Assembly (NCBI RefSeq): GCF_021028975.2
Contig: NC_059437.1
Span: 44,702,001-44,766,000 of the forward strand
DNA: 64,000 nt
Direction of reading: 5' to 3'
Source: Sphaerodactylus townsendi
Taxonomy: Eukaryota
Under the pieces are notes generated by a model. The model did no database searches, had not been told where the DNA came from, and saw nothing but the letters and a program-made list of their open reading frames with translations. Made by a program: the position numbers and the translations under genes. Numbering within the stretch: position 1 is the stretch's first letter; each line of letters begins with the position of its first letter. This document shows positions 1 to 14,400 of the stretch, piece after piece.

Positions 1-103
1 TCAATTGTTGAGTCTTTTGCTGCTCTGATTGTTACAGTTAGTCTTGGCTTTTATCATTATAATGGGCTTGTTTTAAGAGGTATTGTTAAGGCTGCTGCAT
101 ATA

Positions 104-653
104 CCATGTTTCCCCGAAAATAAGTCCTACCCCAAAGATAAGCCCTATCCTAAATAAAATTGTACTCTTCTTAACCCAATCCAATCCAATCCAAAGCCTT
201 TATTGGCATTATAAATTACAGAGTTAGTAAAAAGGGGCATTTATCTACTAATTGAGACATTAAAATATTAAATTCATTTAAACAGCGTTGAACATTCACA
301 ACATTCACGCACACATAAAATAATTGAGCCGTTACTACTATGTAGGCAATGATTGCGCCTGACCAAGTAGTTCCTCAAGCCCTATCAAGATTGTTCAGGA
401 TTTTTGGAGGAGGCTTAAAATATAAGCCCTTCTCCAAAAATAAGCCCTACTGGTAGTTACAGATCAGGATAGTGTGATCCAGCAGGGTGCTCCCTGCCAA
501 TGAGGATGAAGCTTGCATCACACATGATGGGGGCTGCCGAGAGCCTGCCTTAATGAATTATGAAGGTACCGTATTTCCCCTAAAATAAGCCCTAATGCAT
601 CTTTTGGTGCAAAAATTAATATAAGACCCTGTCTTATTTTTGGGGAAACATGG
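104..653. mobile_element. Tc1/mariner-type non-autonomous element with a nested LINE 3' fragment (~175-380)
   Basis: TA-flanked inverted termini CCATGTTTCCCCGAAAATAAG...CTTATTTTTGGGGAAACATGG; internal ATAAGCCCTA repeats. Confidence 0.7.
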
Positions 654-849
654 TAGTTGGTTTTATGAACTATTTTAACTGTTAAAGTTGAAGTGGTTAA
701 ATGGAGTTCAGCAGGACCAAAGCATTTTTCAAAAGTGGAATAACTGAGCTGGCTCATAGTAAGCCAGGGTTAAACTGGTGTCTGTAAAGACTAAGTCTGT
801 AAAGAGCGACCACAATTTCAAGTTAAAATGTGCCTTGAACAGTCTATAT

Positions 850-2292
850 CAGGGGTTGGCAACCATTGGCACCCAGGGAACCATTTGCACCCGTTTTCCA
901 AGGAGGGGAGGGCACTTCGAGCCGCAGATACTTTTTGACATTTGAAATTAGGATAGCTTGCCGAATCCATAGAGCTCCCGCCTCTCCACCTCAGTATTGC
1001 CCTGCTTCCCTCCTTCTCGCCATAATTAGCCTGCATAGATTATTCATAGAGGTCTACATCTCTCCATCAGATCTGACAGCGGCAAAGCTTTCCGCCAGCA
1101 GAAATAACCAGGAGGTTGTCTTATTTGTGAAAATGATGCTGGCACTGTTGTTTAAAAAGAGGGAAAAGAGAAAGAGAGAGCGCGAAAGAAAGGGAAATTG
1201 TGTACAAAACTTGAGAACACGGTTCCGAGCATCGGTTCCGGCGCCTGCCGGCGCCCTCCGTAGCTAGGGCCACCGTCCTGCTGCGTGGGCACGGCTCCCC
1301 TCACCACCCCGGCCAATCCAGCCAGGTCTGTGCATGCCGCGCCGCCGCCACCTCTGTCGCCGGTCCTGTCTTCCCTTCGGTCCCAGCCAGGTGGCTGGGG
1401 CCAGGCTCGATGGCCGCCCGCTGTTCCTCTGCCGCTGCCAACCTTGGCAGAAGAATGAGGGCTGCCACCAGCTGCCTCCATGGCGCTCTCGCTTTCCGGA
1501 GCGCCTGCAGTTGCAGTCTGGTTGGGGCTCTCTGCGAGGTCCAGGGAGGGGAAAGTCCCCGCTCCCGGACAGCTGTGTTGAGCCCTGTGGCGTTCCGCCT
1601 CCCTGTGGTGCGGTGTGGGGGCTTGCACCTTCCCTCCTTCCCTTTCCGGTGTGGTGTTCTCCGAGCCTGAGGCCCCGGTGGTTGGGGGCCTTGTATTAAT
1701 CAAAGCCCTCAGCCACAGGATGGAGCCATGCCTGGCCCCTTTCCAGTCCTGCGTCCTTCCTTCCCTTCCTCCCTCAGCGGCAGGCTGACTTCCCCCTGCT
1801 CAAAGTCCCATGGAGGACGCTGTTCCTTTCCTTGCCTCTCTTCCTTGTTTCCTCCCCTCATCAGTCCCCTCCCCCCTTATTCCCACGCTCCCTCGTTCTC
1901 CCTTGTCCACGTTTCTTTTCCCCCTGTCTCTGTCCCCTTCGCTCTCCCGGCTTGTGCCCAGCTCCTCCCCTCCACCTGGAACCTCGCACGCCCCGTCCCT
2001 TTTAAAGTCTCCCCCACTGCTTTCTGGGACGTTCCTTCTCCGCCCCTGCTCAGCTATTTCCCCACCCGGTCACATCCTTGTTCTTTGGTCGCTGGCCCCC
2101 ACCCAGGCAATGACTCGGCGCCCCTCTCCCAGCCGGTTCCCGCCACCTCCGGGCTCCGGCTCCAGATGAAGCATGGCCTGGCTAAGTCCGGAGTGGGGCG
2201 ACTCATCCGCCCCGAGACATGCCCGAGTGGAGCCACAGTGAAGGGGCGGGGGAGCCGTGTGCGGCTTGGGAGCCGCAGGTTGCCGACCCCTG
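850..2292. mobile_element. Non-autonomous hAT DNA transposon, 1443 bp, GC/CpG-rich interior
   Basis: TIRs CAGGGGTTGGCAACC...GGTTGCCGACCCCTG; 8-bp TSD GTCTATAT on both sides; no transposase ORF. Confidence 0.88.
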
Positions 2293-2411
2293 GTCTATAT
2301 CTATAGCTCTTTTTTCCTATTCTACAAGCATTTACACAGCAATGATGTTAAATAAGAGATGGGTCAAGAACAGATAAGTCCTAAATTCAGTACAGGGAGA
2401 CAAATGCTTAC

Positions 2412-5400
2412 GTTGCTCTCGTCCAAATCATGATCAGCTTGTCGTCTCCCCCGGAAGCCAGATAAAGCCCGTTGTTCGACCATCGCACACAATTCACGCA
2501 AGCTAAAGTGAAAGGAAACACACAAAATAGCCCAGGAGTGGCCAGAAAAAGGCAGTTCAACACACACGAGCCAATTTTGGTCTTGATGAGTGCATACACA
2601 CACACACACATATTATGTCTATTTTTCCTTCTGTTCTTTAAAAGAAAGCTCCAAGTGACTAATACAAGAAATGTGAAACAGCACAGCAGGCTTCATGTGG
2701 AGCAGGCTTCATGTGGAGGAATGGGGTAACACTCAGCAGGCTTCATGTGGAGGAGTGGGGTAACACATCCACCAGATTAGAGTCTGCCGCTTACGTAGAG
2801 GTGTGGGGTATCACTGGTTCTCCAGATTAGGGCCCGCCACTCTTAACCACTACACCATTTCTGTACCCTCTCTCCTCCATGCAAAATCAGATGCGATCAC
2901 TAGTAATCTGTATTAGTGGATCCTGCTCAAAGAACTTTTAAAAGTGGATTCCTCCATCTGTAGTGAATTGAGCGTCTTCTCTCATGAAACTGGTGTAACA
3001 ATGCGCAATTAGGCTTTTAAAAGCACTCGCATTCAAAGAAGTTGAACGCTGAATTATTACAGACTGAGGACTGTAAAATTAATTTTTAAGCAGGTGGCTG
3101 AGCTGTGGAAGGTGTGAAGGACAATAGGATAATTTTAAGGCCTTTTTCAACCCAGAATACAATTAAGTGCACGGGGACCACAAGGAATGACTGTGCTTCC
3201 CTTATTCTTCCTCACTGGATCAAGTAAACTTCACATGTATAAGAGGTCTAAGATTCTGATTTAGCAGTTAGAACATAAGAACATAAGAACAAGCCAGCTG
3301 GATCAGACCAAAGTCCATCTAGTCCAGCTCTCTGCTACTCGCAGTGGCCCACCAGGTGCCTTTGGGAGTTCACATGTAGGATGTGAAAGCAATGGCCTTC
3401 TGTGGCTGTTGCTCCCGAGCACCTGGACTGTTAAGGCATTTGCAATCTCAGATCAAAGAGGATCAAGATTGGTAGCCATAAATCGACTTCTCCTCCATAA
3501 ATCTGTCCAAGCCCCTTTTAAAGCTATCCAGGTTAGTGGCCATCACCACCTCCTGTGGCAGCATATTCCAAACACCAATCACACGTTGCGTGAAGAAGTG
3601 TTTCCTTTTATTAGTTCTAATTCTTCCCCCCAGCATTTTCAATGAATGCCCTCTGGTTCTAGTATTGTGAGAAAGAGAGAAAAATTTCTCTCTGTCAACA
3701 TTTTCTACCCCATGCATAATTTTATAGACTTCAATCATATCCCCCCTCAGACGTCTCCTCTCCAAACTAAAGAGTCCCAAACGCTGCAGCCTTTCCTCAT
3801 AAGGAAGGTGCTGCAGTCCCTCAATCATCCTCGTCGCCCTTCTCTGCACTTTTTCTATCTCTTCAATATCCTTTTTGAGATGTGGCGACCAGAACTGAAC
3901 ACAGCACTCCAAGTGCGGTCGCGACCACAGCTTTATATAAGGGCATGACAATCTTTGCAGTTTTATTCTCAATTCCTTTCCTAATATTGATTCCCAGCAT
4001 AGAGTTTGGCTCTTTTTCTACAGCTGCCATACATTGGAGTTGACATTCCAGCATGGAAACTATCAACCAAGACGCCCAAATCCCTTTCCTGGTCTGTGAC
4101 TGAAGTAAGCACTTTGACCCCTGTAGCATGTATGTGAAGTTTGGATTTTTTGCCCTCTATATGTGCATCACTTTGCATTTTGCTACATTGAACTGCATTC
4201 TAAGCCATTTCTTAGCCGCCCACTTCCATGCCTAATTTATCAAGGTCCAGCTTTGGAGCTCCTCCCCTTGCGCGAATCCTTTGTGGTTCCTCACCCAATC
4301 TCCTACATAATTTGGTATCATCCTGCAAACTCTGGCCACCACGCTACTCCACCCCTACTTCCAGGTCATTTTATGAATGGGTTAAAATGGCACTGGTCCC
4401 AATACAGGATCCTTAGGGGACACCACTCCCTACATCTCCATTTGTGAGAATTTCCCATTTACACCCACTCTTTCTGCTTCCTGTTTCTCAACCCAGTTTT
4501 TTTTAATCCATAGGAGGACTTCCCCTCTTATTCCCTTCATTAAGCTGGAGTTTTCTCAATAATGAGTCTCTGGTGAGGAACTTTGTCAAAAGCCTTTGGA
4601 AATCCAAGTAGACAATGTCCACTGGTTCCCACCTTATCCCACATGCCTGTTTACATCCTCAAAGAACTCTAGTAAGTTTGTAAAGACAGGATTTGCCTCT
4701 GCAAAAGCCATTGCTGACTCTTTCTCAGCAAGTGGTCTTGCTTTTCTACACATGTTTCTATAATTTTATCTTTAATGACAGATTCTACTAATTTACCAGG
4801 AACAGATAAGTCAAACATGACTGGCCTGCATAATTTCCCGGGTCCCCCCTAGATTCCAACTTTCTTAAAAGATTGTGTGTGACATTAGCCATCTTCCAGT
4901 CTTCAGGGATGGAGCCTGATTTCACAAGGGATAAGTTGCATATTAAAGAGTGAGGAGAAGATCAGCCAATTTCATGCTTAGGCTCTTTAAGAACTCTCTT
5001 GAGTGAGATGCGTAATCTAGATGCAGAGGATTTGGTAACATTTAGTTTATCAATGGCTGCCCTTCAGAGACTTTCTTCCCCTTGTCTACCCACACTATCT
5101 TTGTTAGTTCCTCAGATTCGGCCTCCCTACAGAAGCTTGGGTTCCAGGTGCAGGAATTTTCCTCACCCTCCTCTTGGGAGTGAGAGACAGATGCAAAGAA
5201 TCTCATTCAGCTTTTCTACCCAATCCTCCCTGTCATCTTTGTATAGCACACCCCTTTGTTCGAACTTTTGTCTGAATCCTAAGCAGGCCTACCGCTTTAC
5301 TTACTGGCTTCCCTGCTTTTGATGTACTTTCAGAAGGGCCTGTTTGTTGCTGGTTTTGATGTGTTCCCACAGCTATGTGTTCCCTCATGAAATCCCTTTT

Positions 5401-8400
5401 TGCCTCCCCTTTACAGCAGCTAACTTGCTTCTACTTTTGCCACCCATTTGTGTTCTCTACTGGTATTTCTTTTATCAGTTAGAGGATTTGGACTTCCATT
5501 TTCTAAAGAGACATCTTTTTTTTCCTAATAATTTCCTCAAAGCGTCCCTTGGTTAAACCATGGGTGGCTTTCTTTTGGACTGGGCGCTGCCTTTTCCTAA
5601 CCTACGGAACCACATTTCCAGCTGAGCTTTGTGACTGTGTTTTTCACAAATTAACCTCAAAAAAAAAAAAAAAGCATCTTGGACATTTTTGACTCTCTTC
5701 CAGATTTTCCCTTTCAGCTTCCTACACTATCTCCCCTCATCTTTGCAGAGAATTTCCCTTTCTGAAGGCAAATGTAAACACTACATTAGTAGTTGTCACT
5801 TGTTCGCAGATGCAGAGATATTTTAGAATTCTGACAGCTTGTTGTAGTGGCGCTGTTCCCTCATCCCGGCTCAACAACACTGACTTCCCCCACAGCACTC
5901 AGGTCCCTGGGTCCCACATAGAATTAGATCCTAGGGATCACATCTCCCCTGGTTGGTTCTACAACCATCTGCTCCTAAGCCACAGTCATTTAGCATATCC
6001 AGGATATGTTTCTCTCCCTTACCCTATGACTCCTAGTAACATGCATTTTTTTCCGGAGTTTTGAGTATGGGGATAGTTAAAATCTTAAAAGCCCATTACC
6101 CGCGACATTTTTTTTTACTTTTTGCTTGGCCTCTCTAATTTCTTTTTCCATCTCAGAATCCTCTTGTGCGCTTTGGTCAGGGGGACGATAATATATTCCT
6201 AATGTTAAACTATGCTTCACCCCTGGTATTGATATCCACAGTGCTTCTGTAGGGGAATCAGCTCCCCCTGCATTGTCTATTTTATGTGACACTATGCTCT
6301 CTTTGATGTAGAGGGCCACTCCACCCCCAATACGCCCTGTCCTATCCTTCCTGTAGAGCCTGTAACCTGGGATAACAGCATCCCACTGGTTCTCCTCATT
6401 CCACCATGTCTCTGTGATGCCCACTATATCAATGTCCTCCTTCAAAACTCTGTACTCCAGCTCCCCCATTTTAGGTCGAATGCTTCTACTTACATTCCTC
6501 AGATCCTCAAAGGATGCAATTTAAAAACTCCCGTTCCCAACACCGTGGGCAGTGTTCTCTGTTTTTGCTGACAAACTGCCTCAACAGTTTGTGTTCAACC
6601 ATACCTAAATGATTGTCCATCTGACAAAGCATCTTGGGTATATTCTCATTCTTTTCATCATCTTCTTTGATGACAGGAGCCATATTCCAAATCACAACCT
6701 TCCCAGAATCCTGCCCTGAGAATAAAGGAAAATCAACGTATCGTTTGTTTACAAAGCACTGGCTTTTTCATAGAGAACATGTGCAGTGTGGAGAAAAGAC
6801 AATCATCCTTGACGTTAACTTGCTGACATCCGACTTAACGCTTTATTCGGATTTATTTGGCACGTTCACCTTCGGGCTCCGGCTAACATTATAACAAAAG
6901 ACAAACAAATATTGCAGTTCAGCTCACTGTCCTACATGCAGCAGAATCTTGCTGGAAAGAACCAGGCTTAGAAACTATGGGCCAGATGGCAAATGAAATC
7001 AAAACTTTTATCGTATGGATATGTTTCAACTGGTCAGTGGGAAAAAAAGGGAGAGGGAATCATTTCAGAAAGAAAAGTGGGCAAGGAGCCTTCCAGATAA
7101 GATCAACAAGTGGTCACTTTCCAGAAAAAGGAATAACAGCTAACATAAATGCATCAAGGAGGAAATAGAGGTTAGGGAACGTTGTTTTAAACGGTAAGAA
7201 CCACAACATTTATTAGACTGCCAAGATGCCCACTTTTGCAGAAGGGCAGGTCTGCTGGTAGGGAGGGCTCATATAAGATAGGGCAGGGGCCTGCAACCTG
7301 CGGCTCTCCAGATCAGTGTTTACCAACCTTTTTGATGTCACGGTACCCTTGACCTCACTCTTCATATTTCACGGTGCCCCTGTCATCCCCCCACCTTCCC
7401 CTCCCAGTGCCCCTGCTTGCACCACCCCCACCTTCCCCTCCCAGGGTGAAGGGAAGAACTGGGGGGGGGGGAGGAAGTGGCTGCTGACCTTGTGGCAGGC
7501 CCTGCCCCGAGCCAGCTCCATGCCCTTGCTGGCACCAGCAGGAGACACCACAAAAGTGAGGGGGGGGGGTTAGCATTGCCATGGTGCCCCTGGGACATGC
7601 TCACGGTACCCCAGGGTACCACGGAACCCTGGTTGAAAATCACTGTTCCAGATGTTCATGGACTACAAATCCCATCAGCCCCTGCCAGCATGGCCAACTG
7701 GAGAGCCGCAGGCTGCAGACCCTTGAGATAGGGAGTCTCAGAGATGCCTGGCTGTTCTACTTCTGTTGGTCTCATCCCCTCCTCCCACCACAATCACAGG
7801 GTTTAGTTACAGGCAGCATAATGTAAAACTTGTGGCATAAATAAAAACTGTATACATCGCCATGTTTATTGGGAAAGGCAGGTTAGAAATATTTTAAGTA
7901 AGCATATTAAATGATGTGAAGGAACAAGAATCACAATAAGACTATGTGAGCAAGTGGACAGCTGCCACATGTGCTGGTATGACGGGGACCCCCGTTGGCA
8001 GATGGGCTAGGTCCTTGGTGGCAAATCTATGGCACTCCAGATGTTCATGGACTACAATTCCCATCAGCCCCTGCCAACATGGCCAATTGTAGTTCATGAA
8101 CATCTGGAGTGCCATAGGTTCACCATCACTGGGCTAGGTCATGGTGTCAGCCACACCTTCAGGGCCTTGGCCCACTAATGTGCCACTGCTACCACAGCTC
8201 AAGGACAGACAGGAGGCATCCGAGCCAATGGGAGCAAAACAGAAAACTCACTTGTGCCAAATAACATGATGTATCCTGAGAGGTTTTAAGAGGAAAATAG
8301 AGTGTAAGATTCTTCTCAAAAAGTATCTTCAGACAAACTACACATTAACGCTATTTAATTAAAAGAAAGGTCAACAGGCAAGCGAATTCGCTTTTGATAT

Positions 8401-11400
8401 AGTAGCTACTGAAACTATTATTTCACAGCTTTACACACACACACAAAGAATAATGTTAGAGCCCTTCTTGCATACTGACTGTCAAAACAAGTTTGATTAC
8501 TATATGTCAAAGGAAGGAACCAACAACTAACAGGGACTTCTTTTTTAGTATAGCGGCATGCTTACCTTGACCTCCAGTTGCAAACTTGGTCCCATCAGGA
8601 TGAATGTCAACTGAAAATATTGGCTTGCCTGGAAATAGTAAGAGAAACATAGTTTTGTGAGCTGAACCACCTCCTTACAATGTACAAAGCTACGCATTTA
8701 TTTACAGCACACAATTTCTTCCTGAGTCTCAAGCAACCAAGTGGTGGTCTACAATATCAAAAATTGAGCTAGCGTAGTTGGGGGCTTATACCTGCTCTGG
8801 AAAAAAAAAGTACTATTTCAGCTTTATTTATAAACTTTATTTATAAACTTTATTATATATTTGCTTTATTTATAAGGTGTTTTTCTTACTCCAAACAGAT
8901 TACACAGTGTAAACTCAATGCTGCCAGTAAGACCAGGCACGTAATAAGTTTTAACAACATGCATTGCGGTTCTGCAACAAAACGAGATTTTGGGTTTGAT
9001 CTCATTTTTATAGCTTTATTTCTTTATAGTCCACCTTTCTCACTGAGCATCGAAACGGACTGTAAAATTTTAAAACAATACAACAAGAACAGTATAAGAC
9101 ATACCATAAACAGGAGAAGACAAGACATGTAAAATTGAAAAAAAGAGAGGATAATAATCAGAAAACAAAGTAAGGATATGATATATACAGTAAAGAAAGC
9201 CACATACTACAATGCTGTGCCTTCTCTAAAAATGCCCTCCTGAACACATCTGTTTTATACATTCTGCAGAATGACAGCCATGGAGGAACATTCCTTCTCT
9301 GTGACGGTGGGACAGACTGAGAGACGCCGTGGATTAGATACGTGGGCCATACAGGGCTTTGCAGAAAATAGCCAATACCTTGCATTGAATGGGGAAACTA
9401 GTCGGCAATCAACTGAGCAGCTGCAGAAAAGATGCAATACACAAATTCCACCAGGCCTTATTATTGACTTCCCCATTATTAGGGCACAGAAGCAGATTAA
9501 TCCAACTATGTCGAAACACGCTTCGTGGTCCTGGACGCTTCCAATACTTTCTCCACATCAAGGACAAATTTACACAAGTAACACCAGAGCATACAACACA
9601 GAAGAAGGATTGAGTACTGGAAACCATGGCATGAAAATTACCTGTTCAAGGCATTTAAATAGTTGGGGGGGGGGGACTATCCTCCCAATGCACTTTTAGG
9701 GGTTTCTTCCAACCCTCCTCCTCTCCTATATTTTATTATCAAAACAATCCTCGTGAGGCAAATCAGGCTGAAAATGGCTGCCAAAAGGCCACTCAGTGAG
9801 TTTCATGGCTGAGAAGGAACTAAATCTGGGTCTTCCCAGTCCATAACTGACATTCTAACCACACCAGCATGGAGCAGCTTCTAGTCAGAGGCTGACCTGG
9901 ACAAACACCAAGATGCCTCCTACCATTATGATTTAATTGCTAAAGCTCAGAACACCTTAAAATATGTTGCTTTGTATTAAAACAAACATGTTCCACAGTC
10001 GTGGTTGCTATTTTTAAGTCACTGCAGTACCTTCCAGAGCTCCTTCCCCTCTGGCATTTCAAAAGGTTACCGTGCCTTTACTATGGATAACTAGATATTA
10101 CGATCACAATTATTTTCAGCTCTTATTGCTAATTTGGGCATTGATCTTTGTACACAATCCTTTTGAGTTCTGTTTATCCTACTGAAATAGACCTGTAGAA
10201 ATCCTTATGCCCCTCCCAATAGCTTGGGAAAGGATGAACTTGAAAGCTAAAGACTCATAAGATAACAAGTTATTCTCAATGAGTGATTTCAGGACAGCGG
10301 GATATTCTGGGCTTCTCAGGATTTACCAGAGTGATACCTATCATCTTAAGAAACTTAATACTAGGTCATCAGAATACAATCTAAGGTTTACCTCCTAACA
10401 TGCATGTAAGCAACATAACAGACGTAAGCGATTTGTCTGCCTCTTTCAAGCTTTGTTAATACATAGTCGCCCAGTACAAAATTAAACTTCAGGTAGGTTG
10501 ACAGGTTAATAAAGTTACAAACTCTACACCTAAGTTGAAAAAAAACTCCTTCCAGTTCACAAGTTAATTCAAGTGACTTGCATATAAAAAGAAGGTTCCT
10601 AATCTTGTGCTCAAAGAGGCATCCAATGGAATTTTTGCGTTTTTTCAGGGCTCATTTCTTAATCTAAAAACTGGACTCCAAGCTGCCAAAGTCTCTCCTC
10701 ACTGACTGATTGATCAATCATCATTACTACCCTGCCTAAGTGTAGCATCTTACATGTATATTTGTTGACATTCATTTTCTCAGTTTTGACCCAGCTCTCT
10801 AATCTGCCCAGGTCATTTTGAATTCTGACCCTGCCCTCTGGCGTATTGGCTACCCTTCCTCGTTTGGTGTCATCTGCAAATTTGATTAGCATGCCCTCTA
10901 TTCCATCATCTAACTCATTGGAAAAAAAATACTGAATAGCTCTGGACCCAGGACAGAACCCTGCAGTACCCCACAAGTCACTTCTCACCAGGATGAAGAT
11001 GAGCCAATGGTGAGCACCCTTTGGGTTCGGTCAGTCAACCAATTACATATTCATCTAACAATAGCATTGTCTAGCCTACAATTTCAGACCTCTCATCAGA
11101 GGTGGGATCCAGCAGGTTCTCACAGGTTCCCGAGAGTAGGTTACTAATTATTTGTGTGTGCCGAGAGGGGGTTACTAATTGGTGATTCTGCCATATGATT
11201 TTTGCCTCAGTTACGTCCCTCCTCTCAGCAGTAGCGCGCAGAACTTGAAGCAGTCTAGCAGGAGGTGCACCGGCGTGCGTGGCAGCCTGCGCCTGCGTGC
11301 ATTCGTTTCCCGCCCAAGGACTGGCGCAGCGGCTATGTCCTTGCCACTGCCCCGCCCAGGAATGCCCCGCCCCTGGGATGCCCGGCCACACCCCCGTCAT

Positions 11401-14400
11401 GCCCCGCCCCGCCCCATCGGCGCTATGCCACAGTTTGAATCCCACCACCATGGGAACCTATTACTAAAATGTTTGGATTCCACCACTGCCTCTATTCCAT
11501 CATCTAACTCATTGGAAAAAAATACTGAATAGCTTTAGACCCAAGACAGAACCCTGCAGCACCCCACAAGTCACTTCTCACCAGGATGAAGATGAGTTAA
11601 TGGTGAGCACCCTTTGGGTTTGGTCAGTCAACCAATTACATATTCATCTAACAATAGCATTGTCTAGCCTACAATTTCAGGCCTCTCATCAGAGGTGGGA
11701 TCCAGCAGGTTCTCACAGGTTCCCGAGAGTAGGTTACTAATTATTTGTGTGTGCCGAGAGGAGGTTACTAATTGGTGATTCTGCCATATGATTTTTGCCT
11801 CAGTTACGTCCCTCCTCTCAGCAGTAGCGCGCAGAACTTGAAGCAGTCTAGCAGGAGGTGCACCGGCGTGCGTGGCAGCCTGCGCCTGCGTGCATTCGTT
11901 TCCCGCCCAAGGACTGGCGCAGCGGCTGCGTCCTTGCCACAGCCCCGCCCAGGAATGCCACGCCCCCGTCGTGCCCCGCCCAGCCCCATTGGCGCTACAC
12001 CACAGTTTGAATCCCACCACCATGGGAACCTGTTACTAAAATTTTTGGCCCACCACTGCCTCTCATGCATATTTCCAAAGGGTAAAACTGCTCGACTGTC
12101 CCCTGTATCTTCTCATTTACACAGCTTCTGCCAAGCTTTTAACTTACAGTCCCTGGAAAAAAGGCACATGTTCCATCATGAACCACTACCAAACAGTTTA
12201 TTATATGTTTCACTTGCCAAATACCCTACAATTAGTGTTCTTATGAACAAGCTGCCTAGTTAGAATAATTGCCCTAATGACAGGGAAATTCCCTGATGGT
12301 TTACACTTCAAGCATGGCTATAGAGGTTAAGAGTAGTGGACTCTAACCTAGAGAACCAGGTTTGATTCCCCACTCCTCCACATGAGTGGCGGATTTTAAT
12401 CTGGCGAGCCGAGCTTGTTTCTCCACTCCTACACATGAAGCCTGCTGGGTGTCCTTGGGCTAGTCATAGTTCTCTCCAAAAGTCTCTCAGCCATACTAAT
12501 TTCACAAAGGTGTCTGTTGTGGGGAGAGGAAGGGAAGGTGGTTGTAAGCCACTTTGAGGCTCCTTAGGGAAAAGAAGGGTATTTAAAAAATCAACTTTTC
12601 TTCTTCCAAATGGTTTCCATTTTCTGCAAACAGATCAGGAGTGGGCAATCAAGACTGCTTGTCCTCCCCTGGATGTTGCCCATTCCCAAGAAGTGATTAT
12701 TGCTTCCCCTCCCCCAGATAAATTCTAAGGCTAAGAAAATGACCCCAGCCAAGCTCATGAGCAGTCTTCTGGCTTTTGAACAATGCACTGCTGTGTCAAT
12801 CAAGGACCTGAAGATAATTCTGCGACAATTGAAAGAACAGATTATGCAGCCTTTATACATCTACAGTCTGTGGAGTGATGATGGTCTCGCTTCTACCTTA
12901 TTTCTTTACTACATCTGCTGTGATCCACCAGTGTGTTTCAAATTTATAAACAGTACACACTCAGGATCTCCTAAAGGAAAGGAGAAAAAAGTAAACTGTA
13001 AACCCTCACTCGAAAAGTGGGGTTAAGCTGACACACAGAAATGAGAAAGAGAGAAAAGCCTTCGACAATACAGAGGGGAAAAAAACTTTTAAAAATTCCA
13101 ACTTTGGACCAGGAAACACAACAGATTCTCAGGCGAAAGCAACATTTAGTGTCAGACTTTTCTGCTTTCCAAACAAGCAGAAACTGTTCCATTGACTTAT
13201 ATGGGGAAAGGGAAACACTACATGACCCAGGACAGTTGATCTCATCATATCTCAGAAGCTAAGTAAGTTAGTCCTGGTTTGTATTTGGATGGGAGACCAC
13301 CCAGAAATACTAGAGTCACTGTGCAGAGGAAGGCAATGGCAAACCACCCTGTTAGTTCCTTGCCTTGAGGATCCTACTAGGTTGTCATAAGTCAGTTGTA
13401 ACTAGATGGCACTTTACACACAGACACACAGGTAGCCATTGCTTAGGAAGACCACGTATCTAGAACAACGTGCGTGTTCTACAGCTACACCTACTGTCAC
13501 AGCTAAAGACCAGTAGGAGCATCACGGTGCTTAGGACCATCACTATCTTCAGCTAGAAATCTTGCTACCATCTCTCCTCCTTTCACTCACACACCTGCAA
13601 AAGCGAGATCACTGATAAGGGGGAGTTCAAAACCTCAGCCTTAACGTAATCGTTGTATCACTCAAACATGAAAACATGTCCAGACACTACAGTGGGACTC
13701 CTTACTGGTATAAAGACATGCAATCTTAACTTATTCTTTCTTACAGCATTATCTCCGGCAGAAGAAGAGATGGTTTCTATATCCTGCTTTTCTCTATCTC
13801 AGAGAGCACAGGTGTCAAACTCGCAGCCCTCCAGATGTTATGGACTACAGTTCTCATCATCCCCTGCCAGCATCATGCTGGCAGGGGATGATGGGAACTG
13901 TAGTCCATAACATCTGGAGGGCCGTGAGTTTGACAAGTATGCCATAGAGTCTCAAAGTGGCTTACAATCGCTTCCCCTCCCTAAAACATGCATCTTGAGA
14001 AGTAGGTGGGGCTGAGAGAGTTCGGAGAGAATCATGACTGGCCCAGGGTCACCCAGCAAGCTTCTTGCGAAGGAATGGGCAGAAGAGAAGAGTTTTGGAT
14101 TTATACCCCACTTTTTCCAACCCTAAGAAATCTCAAAGTGGCTTACAATTGCTTCCCCTTTCTCCCCCCTCAAAAGCACCCTGTGAGTTAACTGGGTCTG
14201 AGAGAGTCCTTAGAGAACTGTGACTAGCCCTCAGTCACACAGCAGGATTCATATGGAGGAACGGGGCATCAAACCTGGTCCTCCAGATTAGTCTCCACCA
14301 CTTTTAACTACTAAACCCCGCTGGCTCTCTGGCACAAGATGATTTGTATTTGTAATACCATAGACATCTTGAAGCTTCATAAATATTGGCTTTCAATTAG

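Noticed and set aside
866-2306. Several 120-190 aa ORFs on both strands
   Set aside because: They lie inside a GC-rich non-autonomous hAT element with TIRs and TSD; low complexity and no recognisable domain.
13238-13330. Possible 5S rRNA gene
   Set aside because: Degenerate, incomplete and fused to an RTE-like tail, so a 5S-derived SINE.
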